A DNA stretch of 53,850 bases, the filler included, from Sphacelaria rigidula (taxonomy: Eukaryota), in NCBI GenBank assembly GCA_964200075.2. It is 4 parts of 4 records of this genome, joined end to end, with 100 filler letters (N's around TTAATTAATTAA, not from the genome) between each part and the next. Parts side by side here need not be neighbours in the genome. Positions count along the whole stretch, not along the records: positions 1 to 13,388 come from CAXNAA020002916.1; positions 13,489 to 26,876 come from CAXNAA020002917.1; 2 more parts are not named here. One strand, 5' to 3'. The notes beneath the pieces were generated by a model. The model was not told where the DNA came from. It saw only the letters and a list, made by a program, of their open reading frames with translations, and did no database searches. Below, one piece after another: positions 12,722 to 25,500 of the stretch. Each line of letters begins with the position of its first letter. Within the stretch, counting starts at the first letter, position 1. The position numbers and the translations under genes were made by a program.

Positions 12722-13179
12722 CCCGCATTGTTGCTCCGGTGTCTAAAGCCACATGTATCTCCTTCGCACGTTGGAAACGGCTCGCACCAGGTGAGGGGAG
12801 GATGCTTCCGTCGGCGTCCTTCAGTTTCATGACAAATTGTTCCGGATATTCTTCGAACTCTCTCGAAATGAAACGAGAGGTGGAATACTTTTATGATAGG
12901 TAAAGTGCTGTCCTTGGCATTTCGGAGAAGAAATCCCATTGCTGAAAACGTTTCACACATGTAAAAATAGGAAATCTCATGGGCAGCAAACTCCCTGCGC
13001 CTAGCGATTTTTCCCAGGACTCGGAAAAAACTCCGGCATCACTTTCTATCAAGGGAAGGGAATCCGATGAAAGGCGGCTTCCCTCACTTGATGAGTGCCG
13101 TTCCGAATATACGAAAGGAAATACATACACACATATATATATATATATACGGCTTTAGACACCGGAGCAACAATGTGCG
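12722..13179. mobile_element. TIR element, ~460 bp
   Basis: CCCGCATTGTTGCTCCGGTGTCTAAAGCC / GGCTTTAGACACCGGAGCAACAATG. Confidence 0.65.
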
Positions 13180-13388
13180 GAGGTATGCTACGGTAGGGGT
13201 GCACTTTTTTCGCGAAATTATGTCTAGTTCGGGGGCTCCTAATGATTCTACATGCACAAAAATATGGGTCAGGGCAACCCTGTCTGCAAATTCATTCGGG
13301 ATATCCCCAGCACATTGGAGTAGTAATCCTGGCGTACTTTCATATTTTTTCATAGGTCGTGTTTTGCATGAGATAGGGGGCTCCTAAT
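13180..13388. mobile_element. Sola2-like MITE, truncated by contig end
   Basis: Homologous to 41910-42115; GAG terminus. Confidence 0.7.
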
Positions 13389-13488
13389 NNNNNNNNNNNN
13401 NNNNNNNNNNNNNNNNNNNNNNNNNNNNNNNNTTAATTAATTAANNNNNNNNNNNNNNNNNNNNNNNNNNNNNNNNNNNNNNNNNNNN
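13389..13488. other. Artificial contig linker N44-TTAATTAATTAA-N44
   Basis: Six-frame stop spacer; identical at three positions. Confidence 0.98.
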
Positions 13489-13504
13489 CACCGCGGCAAC
13501 TCAC

Positions 13505-13670
13505 GTCAAACAAACTCAGTCGACCACTTTGTTTACTCACGTTCTCACGCTTTCCACGGTGGAAATCACATACTACGAAGATAAAACCCAACACATCGGG
13601 AATCGAACCCTCGTTCTCTCCACCCTGATGGCGACAGTCGGACCATTACACCGCCGGGGCGCGGCGGCAG
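13505..13670 (-). mobile_element. tRNA-derived SINE family B head
   Basis: Minus strand GCCGCGCCCCGGCGGTGTAATGG...CTGTCG...GGGTTCGATTCCCGATG; homologous to 45935-46070. Confidence 0.65.
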
Positions 13671-15045
13671 TAGTGTGTAGTGAGACCCATTGAAGAAATA
13701 TTGCGACGCGAAACGACTTAGAATTGAAATGGGATCGACGGCGAAAAAGACCACAACTGATACACGAATCAATCCCGAGCTTGACGTTCCAGGGTGGTCT
13801 TTTTGGGCTGCTAATGTCTACGAATTGGTTGTTTCTCTTCAAGTTTCGAGATCGATGTCGCAAGAGGGACCGGAAGTCGACCGTACGTGCAAGCAGAACC
13901 AGTGCAAAACAAAGTAACTCGATGAAAATATTGCTCGTGTTTTGCGGCGAAGAGTCGGAATGTCCGTCGAAAATGAGTACTCTCCGTCGTTTTACCGTTC
14001 AATGCTAGCACCCATGCAAGGGTATGTAGAAGCAAATTAACCGTGGGGATGATGGGTCGGGTGCATACGGACGTCCGCAAGTCTAACAACATTGTCTCAG
14101 TGTCGAGTTATGCAGAATCGTGCGACCATGGAGAAGGTGGGGAAGGTCAGGAATTCCTCAGACCCGCGGTGGGACGTGCGACTGGAACATTCCTCGTGTT
14201 GATCGGTTACCCTCCCCACATTATATGATACTATTCCCACACGAGTGTCATCATCCATTCGTATTCACTATCGGAAGACATTCCTCGAAGGTGTACTCCG
14301 CAGTAGCAACTGTCCCCAAAAGAGTGAGACGAAGAGAAAGATGGTCTCCGAAGGAGTACCACCGGATACGTATGCGGGGAGTACTAGAGCATCCTTCGAA
14401 GGTGCTCTCCCTAGCACAAAACGCAATACTTCCCCTATTTTCGCACCTTCTTGCCACGGCGCAGCTCCATGTCCAGGCCTTTGGAGAGTATTGTTTTGCA
14501 GACACGAACAAGGCTTGCAATACTACTTCGAGAATAGCTAAGCGTTTGACTAGTGAAATCCCGCTCACAGTACTAGGCTCGGAGCAATTTCGTATGTTAA
14601 GTGATACGGGGTAGGATAGTGCACCGATATGGCTTCAGACAATTTTCGAGCGCTTTGTCTGAGCGATCCTTACGCAAGGGATGGATCTAAGATCTGCCCG
14701 GCGTAACGGAGAAGCCCTTCTAGATTTTTTTTTTGGCGTCTGAGAGCGCCTCTAACCGGTGTGCATACGTGTATTGTTGAGACACTACAAATACTCCAGA
14801 ATCATACTACGACAGGGGGGGGGGGGGTGTTTGATTTCACGACAAAACGGGCTCATAGGTGTCAGACGACCCAACACACTCGCAATTCGCGCTCGTAGTT
14901 TGGTAAAAACGGTGTCAAGCAGTATGATTGAGCGCTATCTATCAGTAACAAGCGCGTTCGAACAACCGTTGCTATTTTCAACGATGGTTTGAAGTGAAAT
15001 ATCGTGGAAAACATTACCCAAAATACCCCCCCCCCCATCGTAGCA

Positions 15046-15117
15046 TGCTCCGTCTCGAAAGGGATGCGTGGTCAATGGTCAAATGACTAAGGCAAGCAAC
15101 AAATGAGTACGCCCCCC
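15046..15117 (+). repeat. ~70-bp C-tailed interspersed repeat with flanking direct repeat
   Basis: TGCTCCGTC...GTCAATGGTC...ATGAGTACGCCCCCC. Other copies: 1-72, 2526-2608, 2668-2739, 3910-3989, 35031-35113(-), 37620-37675(-), 43620-43710(-), 47860-47918. Confidence 0.75.
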
Positions 15118-16481
15118 ATCGTAGCATGACTTTCTAGTGTAATATGCTACCTTCAGCGATGCCGCCGAATGTCTCCCTCGAAAAGTGGCTCGAAGCCATG
15201 CCTTTTCCTCTCCTTTTCTTCAGCCATCGTTCTTCTTCACCTGATTTGTGATTGCTGTTCAAACGTAGATTCTCACCCACTAAGTCGTACACCAATAATC
15301 GATTCCAAAGCGTCGGGCAGAGAGAAACAAATACTACATAGTGCATCGCGCATGATCAACGCCCCTCTCATGCGGCAATGGAGGCTAACCACGTGTTCAT
15401 ATGTAGGAGCCAATGCCGTTTCCACTGCTGTTCTCCCTCCTTTTTGCGTCATGCAACGGTTGGGATATACCGTCCTGAGACCAGGAGGAATAGGCCAACT
15501 CCCAAGGGTGGAAGTCCGTAACCTGGCTCTTCCTCATATTGCACGTGAGGTGGCTACACATTTGTGTTCCCGCACGAGCACCAGCTTTCACTTCTACTCA
15601 GCTTCAGGAGATTTTGCTCTGGAGTGTTCGGAATATTCCGCCCTTTTTCGTGAAGACGAGGGGTTGTGTTGCCTATCTTGAGGCTTCGGGGGGCGTTTTT
15701 GGCACAGCACAAACAGCCTGAGGACCAATCTGTACAAGGAACGTACTCGGAATACACGAAACGCTCAACACTGTTTCGCACCCTTCAGGCACTCGGGCGA
15801 ACTGTTCAACGTGCGAATCCGAGCAGACCTTGATGAAAAAGAAATTCTAGGCCATTAGTTCCGAGGGTGCTGCCGTGTTCCGAGTGTATGTTCATGTCCG
15901 TGTTTTTTTCCTAAAAAATTTCTGTCGACGCATGCCTCCGCGGGCGTGCAGGCGCGTACGGCTACGTACGTGGTGATGGAACCATCAACCTTTCTGGACG
16001 GCACTCAAAACCTATTCATGCATGGACGGTGCTCATATGCTCCCATATCCCCCCCTTTTCGTCTTCGCCTTACCTCTTCTCGGCCTCTTCCTACCTTTAT
16101 TCCGTGTGTCATGCTCTACTTGGCACACACGGTCTTCACATACTCACCACTTTCCGACGTGCAGTCGTATTCATGTATCGAAACCAAAGTAGTGCTGGGC
16201 AGCACAATCTTACTTGAAATCTCTGATGAAGAAAACCAGAACGCTAGAAAACTTCGCCCGCGGAGTACCGCTCCACCCGCAGTCACAGGGGGTATGACTC
16301 TTGTTATAGTACGTGGAAACGCGCCAGTAGACAGCTTGGTTTCGTGCTGCCCCATGTACGCAAGTGGTCAATCGGACTATACATGGGTACGATTTCTACA
16401 AGCACTTGCTAATACTCGCGCGCCGCATCTTAGCGTCAAAATCGATTGCTGCGAATACCCACTGGATCATTTTGTGACAAG

Positions 16482-16565
16482 GTGGCAGCAGAGGGAGAAA
16501 CCTACTACCGGTATGGTGTCATGCTGAAGAAGGTGGCCAACTTCTACAACAACATGTCCTCACAG
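16482..16565 (+). CDS. DYNC2H1: DYNC2H1 exon (VAAEGETYYRYGVMLKKVANFYNNMSSQ)
   Basis: AAG acceptor, CAG|GTAGAC donor. Confidence 0.88.
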
Positions 16566-19500
16566 GTAGACACGAAGCGAGAGGTGGTAATGCTAAGACG
16601 GGTGGTGTCCAAGTTCCACCTGAATAGGAGGAGAGATTCGCACAGAATTGACAAGCTTTGTTCTAGGAATGGGTAGAGGTACTACCCCCCTCGTGTGTGT
16701 GTCTGTGGTAGGCAGTTCGATTCTCAGTATCTGATGTGTTTACGGAAGATGGCCTGCCCATCATGTCAGAATATCCACTCGGCGCATCCTTGATGATCCC
16801 CAGGGTAGCCGTACATCTACTGTTTGATACACAGGCCTTACCACGACGGCGTCACCGCTCCATTTCTCGTTCAATGGGCAAACAAACGCACACCGCGATG
16901 AATTTGACCCTTATGGCCATTTCTCCGTCGTGACGGGGTTAATTATGTCATTCAGGATACAAGCCATCATGTATGTGCCCATCAGTGCCAACATATATGT
17001 GCACTTGATTCGATGCGGGCTGCTTTTGATATCAATGGAAAAATTGATGATCATATCGGCGTGAACGAGAATACTTGAAGGGTCGACCGCTAGTGGTCAG
17101 TCCAGGAGTTCTCAGATAGAGAAATACCAAAACCCTTCAAAAGTCAAGATCTGATGCAGCGAAACATTATCCGCTGAAATTCCACTGCCTGCACTTTATT
17201 TCATTGTGGTACCTATTCGGCATCTGATGGTGTCCAAGTCGCAGGCGAAATCACAGCAAAAAAGGCAATTCGGCAGGTATTTGACATGTAGGGTGATGTC
17301 AACATGTTGACGTGTATCTCTTCCAGAAAATGCGAACTTTACCGTACGCAACTGGCCTTATAAGTCGCACATTGGGAAACCGATTGAAGTGTGTGTGTGT
17401 GTGTGTATGTTCAGAGTTGAATACAAAAAAACACCTTCGCTTTCAGTCCTGAAATGGAGAAGCCACGCAACGGTCGGCAACACATCGCCATCGAACATTT
17501 TTTACGACCGGTGTGCAGGTGATACCGGAGCAAACACCCATGCTGCTGGAGTCTTTGCTAGCATTCGAGGAGATAGTTATGCAGCCAACTCTCACCAGGA
17601 AGGGTAAAGACGGCAAAAGCGGAGGATCGGTTACGTGGAGGTGCGTCCGAAGTCTCTAATTTTCAGGAAATGCGCTGGTCAGTCAACCCTGGGGTGTCCC
17701 TGGTGACGGATTTTACTGGCGGGTCACTACGGAGTCGGGTTCGACGACGTCATTATTTTATTGGTGGGCTGCTAGAAATATTATCCTGTAGCTCTGCGTA
17801 CACGAAGCAAGGTGGTATCTCTCGCTTACGTCGCTGTGAAGAGATCAGTGCGGGATAGTCCTTCTCTCACCTCTGTGACGGCGAAGGCATTGATATTTCA
17901 CTGCGAGGGCTGAAAGCGTGAGCGCGGGTGGCTCATTATCATGAGACTTTGCTCACGACAGAGGCCTCTTGTCGCTACACGTGAAACGAGCCCCGACTCA
18001 AGGGTTGTGCTCGGTTATTTTTGCCCCGTGTGATGTGCGCTGCCACAGCAATCCCGTGGAATGTGAGAACTACGTGGAGAGAACGCAACGTGCCGCTGAC
18101 ACGCTGTCCTTGGAGAATCGCCGACTTCGAAAGGTGATGGAGAATAACACTTACGAAAGTGCCCATGTTTTCCCCAATGAGCCCTATCGGTGGGTGTTGA
18201 TCAACCAATGGTTTGTTAAGGAGGGCTTTACGATCTCTTGGAACATGGGGCGAGTTACACTAGCGACCCGCTTACAAGAAACAAGGTTGTAAAATATTCA
18301 GGCTAGGTTTCCCACAAGAATACAAAAATATTCTGCCTCAAAAATATTCTGCCTCAGCGACGACCGCTACATTACACCTAGTGCAGCACGACTTTGCGTC
18401 AGATGAGAAACTCAGGCTGAGCCTGATCTTCAATTTCTTGTGAATAGGCCACTACGGTATACACCTCGTAACATCAGAGACACAGTTTTCGCGGGTAAAT
18501 TCGCAACGCTCCATCCTGCCAGACGTTAACTCCGTCAAAATGTGCAGTTAGTCAAAAGTTTAGATGAAGTATTCATTCAATCGGATGTTTTTCCTAGGCG
18601 ATCTGGCACTTTTCACCCGAACGTTTGAGAGTCGGTAGGTGATGGAAAAAGAGACAGGTCGTGCTCAGGACACTTTTCTCAATTATGTGTTGTCGGAACA
18701 ACGCGAAAGAAAGCACGTTAATCGAGAGGGTGCTATTGACCGTATATGGACAGAGAATACGACTTTTGGGCTGTAGCGCAATGAATTTCGGGTCGAAGCA
18801 AGACTGAGCCGTGTAACTCTTGATTGTAATGATCGGGATCAGTTCGGTCGATCGAAAACATCATAGAGCGACAACCGGGGGCTGTGAACTCTTAGGATCC
18901 CTAACGATATGTGAGCCCGTAACTTGTTCAACTTGGTCGTTGATTTCTTTTGTTTTTCTCAAAATTTGTGTCGGGTACGTATGCTTCTCGATTCCCAAAG
19001 TTTGGGATGAAACAGAAACCGTGATTAGGCGTGATGACCAAAAAACACACAAACATTGCGTTCAACCGATAATCACATGTTTAAAACTTCGACTAATACC
19101 ATATATACTTCTATTCGACTGCTTCAGTACAAACCCCTGCATTTCGCTTCTTCGTATACTGCTGTCGCAGATTCACACGTCTTTGGCGTCTCTCGTGTCC
19201 GGCGTTATGTCAATCGACCTACTCCGCCAAAGGGAACGGTGGAAGGCACACTGGGCTCACATTAGGTAATAATATAAAATGCAAGATAAAAAGGAAAATA
19301 CGTACTTGAATGCTGAAAATGTCAAAGTCAGCCATTCATCAAGTATTTCAACATTCTTTTCGTCATATATACCCATGTCACCTCATATATCCTCATCTTC
19401 AAAAGTGATCTTTCTGTTTTTCATTTCTTTTGTTTTCGGTGCGTGTTCCCGGTTCCGTTTCGTTTCCCATGGGTACCTCATTTTGTGACCACGGCTAAAT

Positions 19501-22500
19501 CCTTAGGGGAGTGAGTTAATGTGCGGCAATCAATCAATCGGTCGATTAATCGATTAATCTATCAGTCAGTCACTCAGGACTTGCCGCTGTTTTTCATTTT
19601 GTAGTTTTTCAGTCTCCCCTGTATCACTTTGGTCGTTCTGACTCTTACTGCTGGTTTGAGGAACACTCGTGGCTCACGAGATCCCGAGAACAACACCGCG
19701 GTAGGTCTTGATACAATCACAGTGCCTCGAAATCAGATTTGGAACACCGCGCCACACATTGCTCTGCAGAAAAATAACATCGATCGAGAAGGAGACTTTT
19801 TTTTCACTTAGTTCTCATGTGCGACATCACAGACTCGTCAACCGACCGATGCCGCAAGCTAGCCCCTCTCAGAAAAGTGGCTGATTTGAGGAGTAAACGT
19901 CTACATATAAATCGAAACCATAGAAGTCGAGCACACCGAGCAACTGGGAGCTCTTGCGCCTGAGATTAATTTCGCCGACGTCGCCCATTTGAGGCGCTCC
20001 AAACAGTCTGACACCAGCTATCATGCGCTGGAAAGACTTTTTCTTTGTGACAATATTGGAGGCTGGTTTGGGGAGGAAAGGCTGTCGCGGCACCATTGCC
20101 TCCTTCTTCAAACTTGCCTACTTCGCTTCGAACACCCGCGAGATTTCCCGTGTGTTTGCTTACCCCTTGGTGAGTAAGTCCCCTGCACGGTTTGTCAAAC
20201 ATTTTTATTCATGGAGAAATTCTGGCGAAATGAAATGCGGTTATCGGTGTATTATATACTCAGGGAAGTGATGGATGGCGTCCGGAGCAAGTATCCGACG
20301 TCGAGCGTGGAGAAATGGGTGGAGTACTGGGATCATCAGGTCAGGATCTACACACCTTGGCAAACCGCGCTGCGACAGTAAATTATTCGCACGCACGACT
20401 GCAGATGACGTGGACGTTCCAACATGCCCCTTGGGGTGCTGTATTGCCACCACCTTTTGGACACACAATGGTTGTGTGCGTTGCGTTCAGTATGGATTTC
20501 AACCATTGTTTTTACTTCTGTTTCCAGACCGGAAGTTTCTTTTACTCGGACCTCACTGCTTCGAGACGAACTGCTTCGCTACCCTTCCCGGCCTCAGCGG
20601 TGTCTCGATGTTGGCGAGTTGTACTTCGGCAGGGGGTTCAACTCTGAAGTTTTCAGCCGAGGAAGCATCCCTGCTTCAGCGACCCCTGTGTTGAATGGTT
20701 TCTCTGTGTGCGATTTAAATACGGGGTAAGTTCCTCTCTTACCCCGATCCAACCAACAACCATTCCGCAAATGTACGGGAAGGCATTGAAACCAACTATG
20801 CACAATCGAACTGTTTTACCTCTCTATGCCGGCAATATGTTCATGACGCTTGCTGTCTTCCGAAAGCGACGTACACCCTATCCATGTGTTTGAGTTGCGC
20901 AAGGCAGGAAAGACAACCCTCTTCTACCACGCAGTTCGATAATCATTTTCCACTCGTTTTTGTCCGTTGCGGCACCACAGAAGTGAGTTCATGATATTAC
21001 CCCCTTGCCACGCCGGTGGAACTACCATTCACAGATGTACAAGGCCCTGGAGGCGGGGTATCAAATGGGCCTCGAATCTCTGAACGAAAATCTGCCCGAG
21101 GTTCGCGCCGAGATCATCTTCGCGCAACGTTTGCTGCAATTCAAACCGCCGCTAGAGGAGCTGAGGTCTGCCTATTACCGGGAGACGAAAAAGTTCGTCA
21201 GCATCCCTAACAACTTCGATGGCTTCGGAAGCGGAAAGGTGGGTCTAGGCCAGAGAACGAACAGCCATTACTTTTCGGCGACCCAAAAAAGAGAAGGACG
21301 CACCCAATGAAGTAGTACTGCATGAAGCGAAACACCGGAGCCGCCCCGCGGTCTCGGGAATCCAAAGGCGAGCGAGCTTAGCGGACGAAGCGTAACACGT
21401 GAGAGGTCGACGATTGAAAGCCAAACTGACGACTTTCACGCGGTAATTGTGAAAAGAAGACGAGCGCTGACTGCTTTACCTAAGAAATTTTGCAAAATTT
21501 CGCCCGCAGATAACGTCTGGCTACGAGTGAAAAATGAAACACTTTGTCAGAATTTTCTCGGAGCTTTCATAGTTTCGAAAGCGGAAATGTGACTCTAGTC
21601 GAACGTACGTACGACGTCAATTTTGGCCGAAATTACGGACGAGAGTATGAGAAATTCGCGATTGTCATACTCAAGAAATGAAAGTTATCGGTTGCCCCCA
21701 TGGCTTTCGGAAACAGAGAAGCTGAGACCGGAGCGAGCGATAGCACTACTGCGCCCTTCTGGAGCACCATTCCCACCGCGGCATGGTTTGTGATGTCGAC
21801 ATACCGGCTGTCATGCTCCATACCCGACTATTGCTACTCGTGCGTCCAGGTTCATCCGATAGTGCATGCAAATGAGACCGCGGAAAAAAACGCTGTTCAT
21901 ACCGCTTTGTAGGCTGGTTTGTGTTTGTTTGTCTAAGGCGGAAAATTCTTGGATGTGCCCAACCTTGTCTCTATCCACAGATCTATCGCCGGATGGCGGC
22001 CGCCAATAGCCAATCGCTCTTGCGGGTATACGAAAAAGCGGAGATCATCTTCCAGCGTCTCGCCAATTTGCTGGTGAGTCTACGTACTGTAGTAGCAACG
22101 ACGTCGACCTCAGGATGATGACCGAAAATCAGGGTAATCGCCCGCTTTGTACAGCTGTGGTTCCACTGTTGTGCGGTCCCCCTACACTGTGGGTTCCCAC
22201 GGGAGTGATATGCACCTCGTTTCGCAGTATGTCTAACCCGCTGCAGAAATGTCCCCGTGTACCGCTTTCCGCCGCGCCATGGTGGTCAAATTGGTACGAA
22301 TTGCGCCAGATAAGTCAGAGTAAGGTGAGTTCAATTCCCGGCAGCAGATCTAACTGCTTTTTTGTTTTGTTCCGAGAAGATGCGTCTGATTTTCGTCGTT
22401 GAAATCATGAGTACGAGAGATGAAAAAATAAATCTCTTTGACGAGACGAGAGAAGGCGCGATGCGGAAGGGAGCGCTGATATAATCCAAGCTGCGATACC

Positions 22501-25500
22501 GAACTGCAAGGCGTGTACCGGGAGAGAGACGGGAACGCACTCGTCCCGAGGAACGGGAGAAGTTGTAGGTTTGTCGGACCAAAAAAAGAATCTACTCACT
22601 GGTGTAGTACAGTTTAAAATTATGGTGCGGTCGGGCCGTTCTGGCTCCACGGTGGACCTCCCGCGATCCCATTCGCGCAATAAGGTTGCCTTCTCGCCCC
22701 TCGCCTGGAAAACGGTATATCAAACCTTGAGCACTGTGCTGATGAAATTTGTAGACCGTGCGCTCAGCGCAGATTCGGATGGCTCACACACTATCTTTCC
22801 ATGTTTTTGAGTGGCGATTCACGCGTATAACGGGATATTCGCTTGAATTAGATTGTGTTTTTTTTTTTTCCAGATCCTGGACGATCTTTTGGTTTCAGCA
22901 GTTGGCCTGGATGACGGATTGTATAGACTATGAACTCCGCGCAAAAAACGACGTCGCTACTCCTGGAAAAAGTACCCTCGTGACTATTCCGTCGATGACA
23001 ACCCCCACGCGAATTCAAAGCAGTGCACAACTGTCTCTTCAAAATCGGCGAGTTGAATACATCGATGCCTGTATTCTATATGCCCACCTTGAATATTTCG
23101 TGGATCTCTGTTCATTCACGTTTCTTCAGCAAGTGCTTCAGCTCTGTTTGTCTCGGGTGCGTTTATCATGTGGATAATGACCACACCACGGCTGGATCAT
23201 GACTCCTGGGGATCCGTTAAGGTGCGACAACCAAGTAACTCTTCAGGCACCCATTGACGATTTTTGTTCTTGTGAATCGGCATCATTTTGACTCGAAATT
23301 GTCTGAAAATTATGCCGATACACAAAAACGAAAAACCGTCGATGGCTTCCAAAAGGGCTGAATCAAACCAACGAATTAATAGCTTGGTCGGGTGTAATCG
23401 GAGTTCAAAACCTAGGCGCGGCATATATTTCCCACGAACAAGGGCTTCAATCTTTGCTCAGGGTGCGTGAACGTAATGGTCCGTCGTTTAGGCCAAGACC
23501 AACTAGGATGTATGGTCCAGGATCTGAAAAAGAGGTCACGATCTGATGTACACGAATATACTGTTGTATGATATACAGTAGGTTCAAAGGGAACCAAGAC
23601 TTTCGTCACCCCAGGGCCAGGTATTGTACTGTCCTCCTGGGGATAAAGCAACAGCGATATATGGAAGTAGTTCGGTGTTCGGTAGGGTAATACCCGGGTA
23701 TTTACTGCCCCGAGTTTTGTGTTGCTATGGTCCGGTCTCCAAACCGTACGCAAATGTCGGGGAGCGTTAGGTACGATCGCAATACTCCACCCAATATCTA
23801 GGTACTGTTGAGCACGATCTCGATACTCTACCACAGGTTTGGGTACGTGGACTACGACTGTTCAAAATGCCCAAATGTAAGAAATATCCTACCCTGCACA
23901 GCCTTGAAGTACTCGACATCGACAGAGTTATACTCCCGAAGGCGATATCGCAAGCCTGAGCTGCCGTGCAGGTAGTGCCTAGACGGCTTTGCAGGAGGAA
24001 ACGGCAACAAAATTACGATGCAGTAGAACACAGCACAGTACGGTCTACGCTTCTGCGCGCGATCGTTGCATCAAAACCCAAGTGTCAACCATGAGTCAAT
24101 CTGCAGCATCCACTGAAAATTACGTGTTAGACGCGTTCGCTCCTTCCGGGTCCGCTGACAATTAAATTTCGATGTAATCGCTTTCTGTTCGCAAGTACTC
24201 CCCCGAATTTCCATATTTACCTCTCACGGTAATATTCTCTCGTTCCTTTTTCCATACAACTGTGTATTTCCTGTATCTACGCAGGAAGAGCACAAGGCCT
24301 GGACGATACTGGGCCAGGTAGACCTGGACAGTTTCGTAGATTCTCACGTCACGACTGCGGCAGGGTTCGAGGAGAACTTTAAGGCTGTTCGAGCCAAAAG
24401 AAAGGAGGCCGAGAAGCTCCCCGAAACTGTAAAGTTGAGTACTACGGGTCTTTCGGTGTGCTTTTTTTTAAGCAGATCTGAAGTTTTTTGTTTTTCTTTC
24501 CTTTTCAACCCGTTCAACTCGGGGAAGCAACTTCTCACATGTTCTCGTGGCGTCTCTCTTCTTATTTCCATTTAGGTAATCTTTCAGTTGATTGCGTCTG
24601 TTATTGTGATTAGGTTGAAGTCTCAGAAAAGAAATGACGACGACTCTATGTCGTGCAAGAAATGACAAGGACGGTGTTGGAAAGACGAGCCTACGTCTGT
24701 GACCACGGGTTCGAGATATCAAACTCATGTGCGGAAATAATAATAATAACGGGTGGTATGCGCGGTACGGTCCCTAGCAGGTAGGGTGCTAGAATATTGA
24801 GTCTCTAGGGCGAAAGCCGTGCTTAGATCGCGGAAGGTGAGTGACGTTCAGGGAATTTACAGTGAAAGCTGGGCCATTCATGCGCACACCCGGGTAGGCG
24901 GTACCCTTCGATATCGCTTCCGGATGTGATTGGTTTGATTGATTGCCGCACAATAACTGATCCCCGAGGGATCCGGTCGAGGCCATTATCCACAAGGAAG
25001 ACGCCTGCAAGGGAAACACGAGACGGAAACATTCGCTCAAGGGAGATTCAAGGGACAAAGATGGAATAAACGGAGTGTGTGTGTGTTGTCGTCCCATCTA
25101 TTCTGGACGTCGGTCCACACCTTCCGGTACGTGTGGGCGCACCAGCCGGGGTCACACAGTAGGAAGGTCAACACAGGAGTTTTTTTTTTGTGTGTTTGTT
25201 TTGATTACCTTACCTTCCTTCTGCGGTGCTTGCCTTTTATTCTTTATCACGAGAGGGGTTAAGCACTCTCTTTCCCTCGTCGACCATTAAGTCGTCGAAT
25301 TTTGTTCACGCACGGCATGGTCGCTCTCCACTGTTGGGCATGGTGTGAGAAAAAATCCAGGATCGCTCTGAGGTTTGAACCCACGACCCAACCGTCAGAA
25401 GGTTTTGAGGTTACCAACTGAGCCACGCCGGGGCGACCGGCTAGATTGAACTAAACAAAAGCAAGAGACAATTAAAATAGAACAGGAAGTGTGCCACGGA

